Assembly (NCBI RefSeq): GCF_001194135.2
Contig: NC_068996.1
Location: forward strand, 31,028,441-31,071,469
Source: Octopus bimaculoides
Lineage: Eukaryota
DNA length: 43,029 bases
Direction of reading: 5' to 3'
The translations under genes and the position numbers were made by a program. Shown here one piece after another: positions 11,677 to 22,885 of the stretch. Positions within the stretch are counted from its first letter, which is position 1, and every line of letters begins with the position of its first letter. Under the pieces are notes generated by a model. The model was not told the origin of the DNA. It made no database searches and worked only from the letters and a program-made list of their open reading frames with translations.

Positions 11677-12055
11677 TATATTAAAATTATAATAAGGGTG
11701 CTGAATGATTACAACACCAGTCTGCTTGAAATAGACCCAAAATGGCCTATGAATCACTTACATGTACATTATTTAGTGCTTATGGTGGTATATATAATGT
11801 ATTTTTCATTTATTTACGTTTCGGCTTGTTTCCACTGATGATCGGAAAGATGTTTTAATTACTCAAACCGTGAAATCTATAGATTCGGTACTATCTGAAT
11901 TATTTTATAAATCCTCGCTGTCTATTTTCCTCGCTTACGACCTTGTGCAGTGGAGTAATAATCTAAGTGGTTCATAGACCATTTGGGGTCTATTTCTAGC
12001 AGACTGGTGTTGTAATCATTCAATCATTCAGCACCCTTGTTATAATTTTAATATA
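11677..12055. mobile_element. Inverted-repeat-bounded element (MITE-like or PLE-terminus derived)
   Basis: 11677-11760 versus the reverse complement of 11964-12055 shows 5 mismatches plus an 8-bp GAATGATT duplication in the right arm. The spacer is 203 bp and the outer ends are TA-rich. Confidence 0.7.
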
Positions 12056-12907
12056 TATTGTTATAATTTANNNNNNNNNNNNNNNNNNNNNNNNNNNNNN
12101 NNNNNNNNNNNNNNNNNNNNNNNNNNNNNNNNNNNNNNNNNNNNNNNNNNNNNNNNNNNNNNNNNNNNNNNNNNNNNNNNNNNNNNNNNNNNNNNNNNNN
12201 NNNNNNNNNNNNNNNNNNNNNNNNNNNNNNNNNNNNNNNNNNNNNNNNNNNNNNNNNNNNNNNNNNNNNNNNNNNNNNNNNNNNNNNNNNNNNNNNNNNN
12301 NNNNNNNNNNNNNNNNNNNNNNNNNNNNNNNNNNNNNNNNNNNNNNNNNNNNNNNNNNNNNNNNNNNNNNNNNNNNNNNNNNNNNNNNNNNNNNNNNNNN
12401 NNNNNNNNNNNNNNNNNNNNNNNNNNNNNNNNNNNNNNNNNNNNNNNNNNNNNNNNNNNNNNNNNNNNNNNNNNNNNNNNNNNNNNNNNNNNNNNNNNNN
12501 NNNNNNNNNNNNNNNNNNNNNNNNNNNNNNNNNNNNNNNNNNNNNNNNNNNNNNNNNNNNNNNNNNNNNNNNNNNNNNNNNNNNNNNNNNNNNNNNNNNN
12601 NNNNNNNNNNNNNNNNNNNNNNNNNNNNNNNNNNNNNNNNNNNNNNNNNNNNNNNATGATATTATTTTCAAGAAATAGCATAGCACTCCATCAGTTAAGA
12701 GAGTATAGTTATTATTATAATAAAGACAACAGAAAGCCTTGTAAAATATAGTTACCCAGGATTTCTCCTGACCGAAAAATCAATTTATTTTGCGTTTTAT
12801 CAACCAGGTTAAAAATAACAAGATAGTTTAGTAACTGCGTTCGCTGCAATCAATGTTTGAATGAGTACGTGCATATAGCAAAAAAAAAAGAGAGTGAGAG
12901 AGAAAGA

Positions 12908-12965
<58 letters not shown>

Positions 12966-13106
12966 AAGAGAAAGAGAGAAGGAGAAACACGGAGGTGATA
13001 ATTAACAAAAAATATAGTCAGTGCTCTACGAATATTAAAAATTACCAAACCAACAATGGAATGATTTATGTGTCCGGTGGTTTAACCTTAATTTCCACTA
13101 AGATAT

Positions 13107-13235
13107 TGTAATGTATAACCAGTAAGTCCTGGTTCAAAGAAACTAATTTTTAGTCTTAGTCCTGTACGTTATTCCGAATGGCCGTTCTCTCTCTTCCTCT
13201 TCCTGTCAAATGCGCATGCTCTTTATATTAACGTT
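13107..13235 (-). repeat. 3' LTR (lacks its first 12 bp)
   Basis: Identical to 14307-14435. It is fused to protease sequence at a shared AACGTT. Confidence 0.9.
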
Positions 13236-14220
13236 GGATTCCGCAGAAAGAGATGCAGAAGCCATAACAATGACGTTCTTCAATTTGTCCGTCTTGATGT
13301 TGAGTGTGTTCACTAGCTACTCACTGATGAAGCTCTTGTTAGTGCTACCGCTACCAATTAATGCTTCGGCTTTATAGTTATTGTTCAGTATAACCAAGGA
13401 GGTTACTCAGAAAGGTGAACCTGCTGATGCTGATACTGCCAATGGCAAATCATTTTTACCATCATCCTGTGTTACAGTTGCTGTGTTGCTCCTACATAGT
13501 TTTCCAAAATGCCCTACTTTTTGGCATTTGTGACAGACTGCTTTCCTCGCAGGGCAGTGAGTCCGCGGGTGTCTAGAATAGCTACAAAACCAACATTGAG
13601 AGGGGCCTCTTTTCGGGTCGCGGCAGAGTGTTTTCCTTCCTGCTTTGGTGAATCTATTGGTGCAGTTGGACAGAAGTTGGCACCCTTAGAGTTTAGAAAG
13701 ACACCGGAACTCTGTTGCACCACATCTAGTGAACGTGCTTGATCATAAGCTGTACTGAGGTCGACACTAATAGTCTTTGTCGTATTTGATTCGAAGTGAG
13801 CCCATTTATAAATGCATCTCGAATCATTTCAGTCCGGTACTGCTCAGCACTCACTGCATCAAAGTCACAGTCTTTCGCTAATATTTTGAGTTTGTTTAAG
13901 AAGTGGTCGAGAGATTCCCCTGGTTTCTGTTTTCTTGTGGCTAAAAGATGGCGCGCCACTACGATGTTCTTTGGTTTAATGTACACACTCTTTAGTGTAT
14001 TCACAGCTTGTTCGTAGTTCTTAGCTTCACTGAGGAATTCGTATACGTTCGTTTCCACATAATTAACCAAAAGATTGAGTTTATCGATAACCCTACCTTC
14101 CTGCCCTGGTAGTGAGTCTATAAAGTTGGTGAAAGTTCTAAACCAGTGATTAAAAGTTTTATCAGCATTTGTAGAATTTGGGTCTACATTCAATCTGTCA
14201 GGTTTCAAGTATTTTTCCAT
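13236..14220 (-). pseudogene. gag: Gypsy gag-protease pseudogene
   Basis: MEKYLKPDRLNVDPNS...WFRTFTNF...ARHLLATRKQKPGESLDHFLNKLKILAKDC...IRDAFINGL...IRQRLL, then frameshifts near 13770 and 13600. CWFCSYSRHPRTHC and CHKCQKVGHFGKLC lie at 13494-13595, with stops at 13407-13409 and 13317-13319. The protease motif ALIGSGST (13341-13364) has catalytic D replaced by G. Confidence 0.9.
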
Positions 14221-14306
14221 ATTGTTCACGTCTTTTCACAAATTTCTCTATAGACTGCTCTGCAACTTTTCCCAGTTGTGTATTTTCAGAAATTAGTTTC
14301 TTTGAT

Positions 14307-14447
14307 TGTAATGTATAACCAGTAAGTCCTGGTTCAAAGAAACTAATTTTTAGTCTTAGTCCTGTACGTTATTCCGAATGGCCGTTCTCTCTCTTCCTCT
14401 TCCTGTCAAATGCGCATGCTCTTTATATTAACGTTATTTGCATAACA
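14307..14447 (-). repeat. 5' LTR (141 bp, complete)
   Basis: TG...CA termini. It lies upstream of gag on the minus strand. Confidence 0.9.
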
Positions 14448-14969
14448 GATATATTTTGTAAAATTGCGGACGTGAAGAAAAAAATCTCGCTGCTGGTATT
14501 TACTCAATCACTGGAGGTTTTGAAGCTTTTTTAAAGTGTACAGTTTTTCATCGAGAATATGGAAAATATTTTTGACCCGTTAATATAAAATTTGATCTTA
14601 GAAAGGATTTTCTATTTGATGTTCTAGCTGATGTTCTCCCCTTAGGTTTCTAGCTGTTTTTTTTTAATGAAAAACAGGTATCAGAAGACTATGGCAACGG
14701 TCGAACAGAACGCAAGCGTTATGCTGGATCTGTGGAAGGAACATTTACATCAGATACAAAAACCATCTCTCATCCTTTAGACGCTTTGAGAACAACCCTA
14801 CCGGCATTAATCTAAGTTCCTAGGACCACGTGCTAGGATAGGATGCTGGTGGTAACACTCTGTCTAGAAAAAGGGGTTTGGTATGTTAACAACATCAGGT
14901 CATTTGATTGTGTGTATAATATACCTGATGTGCGAGTGTCTGTATCTTCTACGAGTGCGTATGTATCTG

Positions 14970-15022
<53 letters not shown>

Positions 15023-15357
15023 AGTGTGTGTGTGTGAGTGTGTATGTATGTATGTTGGTAACATCAGTTGGTGTATGAATGCGTCTGATTTTAAACAAAT
15101 ATACATGTAATCATATAGGTATGTAGAGAATTTGAATTTAGCAAGCAGGTCAAAGTCACCTGAAGAAGGCAGATTTCTTTGCATGATGTGCTCGTAGTAG
15201 TCGAAATTATTCATCAATGAAAATGCTGCTGAAACAGGTATTGTGAATTCTTTATCTCCATTTGTGTTGTTCTTTTATACAAACACCATTCTTGGAACAA
15301 TCACGGGGCTGGATCTACAATTTACATTGGATAAGGTATCTATATGTGTATATATTT

Positions 15358-15400
<43 letters not shown>

Positions 15401-15601
15401 AATATAATTGTCATTAAATGTGACCAAGGTGTTAAGAAGCACCTACATTGCTAGAAATCCAAGTTAAAATGCTCTAATGCTGTAGTTAACGTACATGAAT
15501 GAAAACGTATACACTAATCTTATGTATTAGTGAATCATTAAATCACCCATTAATTTGGATGACTAAAACATATATACTAATAGAGAAGCAAGGCGAAGAA
15601 A

Positions 15602-15680
15602 GCCGAGATCGAGCGGGCTTAACTGATGAGGCAACAGAAATTGCCGATACTGACGTCAGTGTTAAGAATTCTCGATCGGC
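15602..15680 (+). ncRNA. Type I hammerhead ribozyme fold with two inactivating core substitutions
   Basis: Stem I is CTTAA (15618-22)/TTAAG (15662-66), extended by GATCGAG/CTCGATC. The core CTGATGA is at 15623-29. Stem II is GGCAA/TTGCC with loop CAGAAA. GATA replaces GAAA (15646-49). Stem III is the palindrome ACTGACGTCAGT. The cleavage triplet is GTG instead of NUH. Confidence 0.75.
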
Positions 15681-15858
15681 ATTTTTCGGACGATTCAGGT
15701 ACAGTTAGTGTATATGTATTCATTCATGTACGTTAATTACAGCATTAGAGCATTTTATTTCATATTTCTAACAACGTAGGTTTTTCTTCACACCCTAGTC
15801 ACTCACATTTAGTGACAATTATAATTCTCCTTTTTGGTGAAACATACAACAGCCTGCT

Positions 15859-15898
<40 letters not shown>

Positions 15899-15900
15899 TT

Positions 15901-15946
<46 letters not shown>

Positions 15947-15956
15947 TATGCGTGTG

Positions 15957-15991
<35 letters not shown>

Positions 15992-16779
15992 ATATATATT
16001 ATTCTTTTACTTGTTTCAGTCATTTGACTGCGGCCATGCTGGAGCACTACCTTAAAGGTTTTTAAAATATATGTTTATGTATGTATGTACCTGTATGTAT
16101 CTGAGTGTGAGTGCGTGTGGGCGCGCGCGCGCTTCAGTGAACAGTGAATGTTGGTTTCTTGTCATAGTTGCACTAATTTTCACACACACACGTACACACA
16201 TACGCACACACACACGCACGGACACAGACAGACACACAAATATGTATATGTGTATGTATATGTGTATGTGTATGTGTGTGTGTACGTGTGTTTATATGTA
16301 AATTTATGTGAAAACATTCATACACACATTTATATGTGTGTTTGTGTATATACGTAAGTGTGTTTGTGTTTGCGAGCGTGTAGAAATAGACAAAGGTGCA
16401 TACATATACGTATTCATGAGGTGTAATGAGGATGAGTAGTAATTCATTGATTTAGAACCTGACATTGTTGTGGATGAAAATGAGAGCAAATATGACAAGT
16501 AAACAAGATTCATTTAAATATAAGGAAAATACAAAGAAAAAAGATTGCAGATAATAAAATACTATGTAAAGAATTCCTTAAGAAGCTAAATGCTGGTCTG
16601 ATCTTAAGAGTAGGAAATAGAAAAACAGACTGTAGTTAAGTCAGTGAAAACGCAAATGAATGAATTTAAGGCGTCAGAGCTTCTTACCAATTCTCGGCAG
16701 ACAATTTAGCTTGTCAACACAAAGTCGCGTCATAGTTGTATCATTTTCTTTAACTTTTTTCCATCTGCCCAATTTCAGC

Positions 16780-16821
<42 letters not shown>

Positions 16822-17192
16822 TTTTTTATTTAATCATAATCTTTATTTTCAGTTGTTTCATACTTTTATTCTATCCGTCTCACTCCCTTTCTTTTCTTTT
16901 TCCTTTTTTTTTTTTTCACCAAACGTAAACTAATAACTAGATATCTAATTCCAAAAGGCAAAATGAAGGTTCTGGTTCGATCTCAGCTGGAAGCTAAACT
17001 GAACATTGCAAATATGTCAGGTGTCTTTTAACGAGTTTGTCTGAGGTGATGAATTATAAAGACATTCTAATGAATCAACATCTCCAGAGAGGCACGTAAC
17101 TGTCAACATTTATTTCTTCTTAACACTTTTATACTACATATTTTCCTTCTAATCTTCCTTAGAAATTTTCATTCATCCTGAACCCACTGAAT

Positions 17193-17307
17193 TTCTTCTT
17201 CTTCTTCTTCTTCTTCTTCTTCTTCTTCTTCTTCTTCTTCTTCTTCTTCTTCTTCTTCTTCTTCTTCTTCTTCTTCTTCTTCTTCTTCTTCTTCTTCGTT
17301 GTCATCG

Positions 17308-17355
<48 letters not shown>

Positions 17356-17385
17356 TCATCATCATCATCATCATCGTCATCATCA
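17193..17385. repeat. (TTC)35 followed by (GTC)/(CAT) triplet tracts
   Basis: Direct reading. It explains the poly-E/D/K/S ORFs. Confidence 0.97.
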
Positions 17386-17469
17386 TTCACCGTCTTTATA
17401 AAATCACAAACTCACACTTTGGCAATCACATGCATACTTGCGCTCAATACAAATATACTTGTGCGCGTG

Positions 17470-18030
17470 TATCTAATCTAATATCTATAAGATTGAAGTC
17501 TTCTGTGTGTGTGTGTGTGTGTGTGTACAAAAATTTAATGTACCTCACTAACTTCTACATTTTTCATCCGATTTCTTTAAAATTTTATACACAGCTGCTT
17601 CATATCCCAGACCCGAACACAGGCTACTTAGATTTTTTAAAAGAAATCGATACTGGGTCCTCTAGAGCCACGGGAAATCAACAATAGATGGTTCCTATTC
17701 ATTTGCATTAATCAGCTGTTTTATAATCTGTAGGATCTTCCATACTTTTTTAATCTTTTTATAAAAGTGAAAGGATTTTGTCTATTTATTTATTTCCACA
17801 ATTCTCAACCGATTTTCACCAAATTTTACACACACATTACTTATGTCCCAACGATGGTCATGCACTAAACATTTTGCCCAGAACTTCAGCGTAAATGGAC
17901 CTAAATGGACATAGTTGTTTTGTATGTAAGGTCTTTCATACTTTTAAAATCTTTTTATAAAAGTGAAAGGATTTTGTCTATTTATCTGTTTCGACTGTCC
18001 GCCTGCCACGGTGATTAAATTGACTAGGAA
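17470..18030 (+). mobile_element. Three stacked Helitron-like (Lep1/HINE-type) non-autonomous 5' ends
   Basis: Starts at about 17480 (ATCTATAAGATTGAAGTC..(TG)n..CATCCGATTTCTTTAAAATTT), about 17752 and about 17949 (ATCTTTTTATAAAAGTGAAAGGATTTTGTCTATTTAT). The middle copy continues CAACCGATTTTCACCAAATTTTACAC. This resembles the 5' TC...ATAAA..GAAAG..CCGATTTT..AAATTT signature I associate with such elements. Confidence 0.5.
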
Positions 18031-18933
18031 CACTGTACGTGATGAATATCCTGCACCAAAGAATCTTAATCTTCATATTTAAGCTGCATTAAACTTTGGA
18101 AAGCTTACCTGTACCTATTCTGAGTTATTTGAAAGGTGATGTTCCTTTCTCTCTCTTCTATTTGTTGATAGATTTGTTCACTTACCAATGCGTTGATTCA
18201 CTTTAAGGATGCTTATTTACCCATCCATTTCGATTGTTGTCTATTGTTTCAAATACGTTTTAACATTGTTTATTGTCTATTGATATTTCGATTCTTGTCT
18301 ATTGTTTCAAATGCGTTTTAGCATTGTCGTTCTAGCTTTTTTTATTTAAATAATTGCATATGTTTCATCCCAAAGAATCAACCTTTAAATAAGGGTTTTA
18401 CTTCCACTAGAGAAAGCTATATGTATCTTTCAGAAAACTCCATACCAGTTTAAATTTATACAGCATTCGCTGTTATTTTATGTGCAGACTATGTGGAAAG
18501 ACAGAATAAAAGGGCCTTAATCTCTTCGATTGCTGTTGAAAAAAATAAACTCGTTGAGGAGAAGTTTCAATGTCTTCATTCAATTTCATTATACTATTTA
18601 TGTGGCTGTTTCTGACAAGAAGTTTCGCTTTCATGTAAAACAACTATATTTTGTAGTCATTATCCGTAATCTACTTCCAAAACATTTCAGTAGCTCTACT
18701 TTGCATCGCTTGCAAGCCTATGATCATTAAAGTGCAACGACTTCCACAATAACCAGCCTTCAATTTGATTTTTCGTTCCAAGGTTAATCGGCAACACAAA
18801 TTACCGTGCTACTCACAAACGTTTTCGTTAGTTCAATTATTTGGTGAAAAAATACCACCAAAGCAACTTAAACCGTCCAAGATACGGGTGCATTTGCTAG
18901 TATTTATGTATTTGCAAACACACACACACACAC

Positions 18934-18999
<66 letters not shown>

Positions 19000-20651
19000 G
19001 TATTGTGTGTCTGTATATGATGGACTCTCCCGTCGTTAGACGACATATGAGGGTTCGACAATTTCTTACCGAACAACCACAAATAATTTGTTTATAGTGA
19101 TCAAATGTTTGTGTACACATAAACTAACTCCCTCCATCAAATCAACATTACCTGTACAGGTGCAACGGGTTTCACATGTCAGATGACGAAATGATCGCAG
19201 AGCAACGCGAAATGAAGTGCTTTGCTCAAGTACACAACGCATTTTGTCTCTCTATACATGTATGTATATAAAGGTTAGTAGCGTTAGAGGCTGGAATAAC
19301 TGTCTAAGGGATAAAAGTATCCATTATACTCCCAGTATAATTACCTATGTTAACCTTGGACATACATATGCAAGCATATTATGCTCATAGATTATAGTTA
19401 ATGACAAAGATAAACATGAGTTTATCAGGAATCAAATTTAAAGTAAACAGAAAATGGAGAAATATTGATCAACAACAATTGACTTACATCAATAATTATT
19501 TTTTAATTCAATACAAATAGACTGCATTCTATCTAACAGCTGTTTCTGCTTCCAATGTTGTATGGTATTGCCATTGATATGCTAAAGATATTTATCATAT
19601 TTGGTAATAAAACCGATCTGAAACATGGAGCTTCATCAAAGTGAAGAATAAATTAAAAAGAAGAGCCTAGAGAAGGAAAAGGAAATGTTGAATATGGTTT
19701 TAATCATACCATTTTGCTTGTGTCTCTTTCGGACATTGAGTAAACTTAAAGTAGTAATTGGTGGGTTAATTGTTTCTATGGAGGTAATAGAGTAGATAAG
19801 TAATAAAAATGTAAAAATAAAAAAAATAACAATAATGGGATACGCCAATAGGTTTAGTCAAAGAGGGAGTGAAGGTATCATAAAGTTTTGAAGTAATCAT
19901 AATAGTTTTTAATAATTATGTTTAAAGTACTAATTAATAGTTTTTATCATATTAAAGTGCCCAACAATTAATTTCAATTATTTGCTTACTAATATGTGGT
20001 AAAGTCTAACCACTTATTGCCCGTAATGGGATTGACCTAGGTCCAACGTTCGATATAATTGGTCAGTTAAATTTAAAAACAAAGGACAAGCTATTAAGAC
20101 CGTTAAAGAGTTGATATAAATAAAAAAATAAATAAAAGTATGGAAAAGTAATATATGTTATAAGGGGCCGAAAAACGCTTAAGACATTATATATAAAATC
20201 GACTCAAACATGTAAGCAAGTACAATGCGAAGGAATGAACAACGCCAGTAGTATCATTAAAACATTGAGAGGTATCTATTTGGACAATAAGGAATTAAGG
20301 CGGTTGGCGGGGTGGGGTGAATTGTCCAAAAACTTTATGAAATAGGAATGTGAAATTAGTAGACAATGAAGGGAATTTGCTCCGTAGGAAAAGAATTAGG
20401 GAGGGTGATAAGGATGATAATTATGGTTAAGGGGTGGTAATGACTAGGGAAGTGACCTAAACTGAGAAATTACGATACAAAGTCTAACTTCTGAACTAAC
20501 ACCCACAGCACCTACACAGTGAGCTGACTAGACAATCAAACAGTTAATTGGGTAAGTATTCCCTAAGTCAGTCAGCCTAGTGGTCATATGAATAAGTATA
20601 AGTATAAATTCCTAAATTAATTAAATGATTACAAATTAATTACTTGCTAAT

Positions 20652-22885
20652 TACTATTATTATTGTTATTGTTCAGTAGTTTTATTTTTATAACGTGCTT
20701 TCACTTCACTACCGAGCGCAGCTCTGTGCGCCTTGGGTATGTGCTCTGGTTTGCTGTGGTGCTCTTATGGCTACTGTATTGAAAGTGTTTTGCGTAGGAT
20801 GTGTGCAGTGCCAGGTAGTGCAATTTTCTCTATGTTATATATATTTGTAAGTCCTGGTGTTTTTGTTATGTATTTGTCTGAATATTTTTTTATTATACCT
20901 AAGGCACCTACTATGATAGGAATTGTTTCTGTTTTTAGATTCCACATTCGAGTTATCTCTATTTCCAGGTCTTTGTATTTTGAAAGTTTTTCCATTTCTT
21001 TTAGAGAAACGTTGTCATCTGCTGGTATTGATATATCAATTAGAAAGCATTTTTTTTCTTCATGATCTTTGACAACTATATCTGGTCTAATTTCTCTATC
21101 TGTGTGTATTGGCATATCCCAGAGTATGGTTGCTTTCTCGTTTTCTGTGNNNNNNNNNNNNNNNNNNNNNNNNNNNNNNNNNNNNNNNNNNNNNNNNNNN
21201 NNNNNNNNNNNNNNNNNNNNNNNNNNNNNNNNNNNNNNNNNNNNNNNNNNNNNNNNNNNNNNNNNNNNNNNNNNNNNNNNNNNNNNNNNNNNNNNNNNNN
21301 NNNNNNNNNNNNNNNNNNNNNNNNNNNNNNNNNNNNNNNNNNNNNNNNNNNNNNNNNNNNNNNNNNNNNNNNNNNNNNNNNNNNNNNNNNNNNNNNNNNN
21401 NNNNNNNNNNNNNNNNNNNNNNNNNNNNNNNNNNNNNNNNNNNNNNNNNNNNNNNNNNNNNNNNNNNNNNNNNNNNNNNNNNNNNNNNNNNNNNNNNNNN
21501 NNNNNNNNNNNNNNNNNNNNNNNNNNNNNNNNNNNNNNNNNNNNNNNNNNNNNNNNNNNNNNNNNNNNNNNNNNNNNNNNNNNNNNNNNNNNNNNNNNNN
21601 NNNNNNNNNNNNNNNNNNNNNNNNNNNNNNNNNNNNNNNNNNNNNNNNNNNNNNNNNNNNNNNNNNNNNNNNNNNNNNNNNNNNNNNNNNNNNNNNNNNN
21701 NNNNNNNNNNNNNNNNNNNNNNNNNNNNNNNNNNNNNNNNNNNNNNNNNNNNNNNNNNNNNNNNNNNNNNNNNNNNNNNNNNNNNNNNNNNNNNNNNNNN
21801 NNNNNNNNNNNNNNNNNNNNNNNNNNNNNNNNNNNNNNNNNNNNNNNNNNNNNNNNNNNNNNNNNNNNNNNNNNNNNNNNNNNNNNNNNNNNNNNNNNNN
21901 NNNNNNNNNNNNNNNNNNNNNNNNNNNNNNNNNNNNNNNNNNNNNNNNNNNNNNNNNNNNNNNNNNNNNNNNNNNNNNNNNNNNNNNNNNNNNNNNNNNN
22001 NNNNNNNNNNNNNNNNNNNNNNNNNNNNNNNNNNNNNNNNNNNNNNNNNNNNNNNNNNNNNNNNNNNNNNNNNNNNNNNNNNNNNNNNNNNNNNNNNNNN
22101 NNTCATTTAGCTCAGTGATATTGCCTGTTGTTTCTGTGGTTGTTAGTTCCGTGACGGCCAGGTTTATGCTATTTATTATTGATGTTGTTTTATTGTCTAT
22201 TGTGATTTTTGGGAGATATAATCTGTGGTCCATTCTAAGATGTGGTCCATTCAGTTGGTCCATTCAGTTGGTCCAATCTGTGGTCCATTCAGTTCTTTGG
22301 TTATTCTCATTTTCATAATATCGTAATTATTAGGTTTCCCTTCGTTATTCCCAGGCTTTAGATTTGTTTTGCCTTCCTTTTCATTCATATGTTTGTCTGT
22401 GGTGTTCTGGATTGGTGCTTTTTGTACACTATTATACATCTCTACGGTCTGGGTTTGTTGTTTTTTGTTTACTTCGTTTTTGCCGGAAATGTTACGTTTG
22501 TCCTCCTGTTTTGCTATCTCAGTGTTTATATTATAATTTGGCATTGCTATGTGTCTACTATCTAGATTATCCTGATGTATTTTTCCTTTCAATTGTTCTA
22601 TTTCTATTTCTGATATTTTTTTTGCTTTTAGAATATATCTTCTTATGTTAGCTAGTTTGTTAGGGTTCATTGTTTTATCGAGGTCTTTATTTACATTATT
22701 GTTCTTCCATATTTTATATGTATGTGTTGTTGCGTTTTCGTTTTTTGGGTAGAGCACTGCTGTGAAATAGGCGTGTAGGATCGAAATGTATTCCTCACTT
22801 GTCCATTTATGCCGTTTTGGTTTTGTTTGCGGGACATGAGGAACAACGTCCGGCCCTTTATTTTGACGGTCATCGTTTTCGTAGG
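20652..22885 (-). mobile_element. R4/Dong-like non-LTR retrotransposon (N-terminal domain and RLE domain on either side of a gap)
   Basis: 22885-22251 is open (KRHKWTSEEY...KIWK...NKLANIRRYILK...EIEQLK). 21149-20771 is open (TILWDMPIHTDREIRPDIVV...CFLIDISIP...EKLSKYKDL...IPIIVGALG), a PD-(D/E)xK restriction-like endonuclease. The 3' UTR ends in AATAAAA and an (AAT)-rich tail. Confidence 0.88.

Larger units (their letters stand above)
13107..14447 (-). mobile_element. Internally deleted Ty3/Gypsy LTR retrotransposon (LTR-gag-partial protease-LTR)
   Basis: Direct repeats 13107-13235 and 14307-14435 are identical over 129 bp. The full LTR 14307-14447 has TGTAATG...CATAACA ends. A 5-bp TSD GATAT lies at 13102-13106 and 14448-14452. 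The internal region encodes gag with two CCHC knuckles and the start of an aspartic protease. Confidence 0.95.

Noticed and set aside
11815-11850. GTTTCGGC and CTGATGA close together, hammerhead-like
   Set aside because: The two half-cores lie on opposite strands, so no hammerhead can fold.
15158-15240. CTGAAGAAGGC core-like motif
   Set aside because: No matching stem II partner and GAAA at a workable distance.
16118-16131. (GC)n run with Z-DNA potential
   Set aside because: Short and embedded in a (TG)n microsatellite; ordinary for this sequence.
17159-17481. Acidic poly-D/E and poly-K ORFs
   Set aside because: Translation of (TTC)35 and adjoining triplets.
19630-20640. AT-rich stretch with a hydrophobic ORF (19636-19848) suggesting a mitochondrial insertion
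   Set aside because: I could not recover any mitochondrial protein, tRNA or rRNA motif by eye. It is left unassigned; a BLASTN/TBLASTX search against mollusc mitogenomes would settle it.
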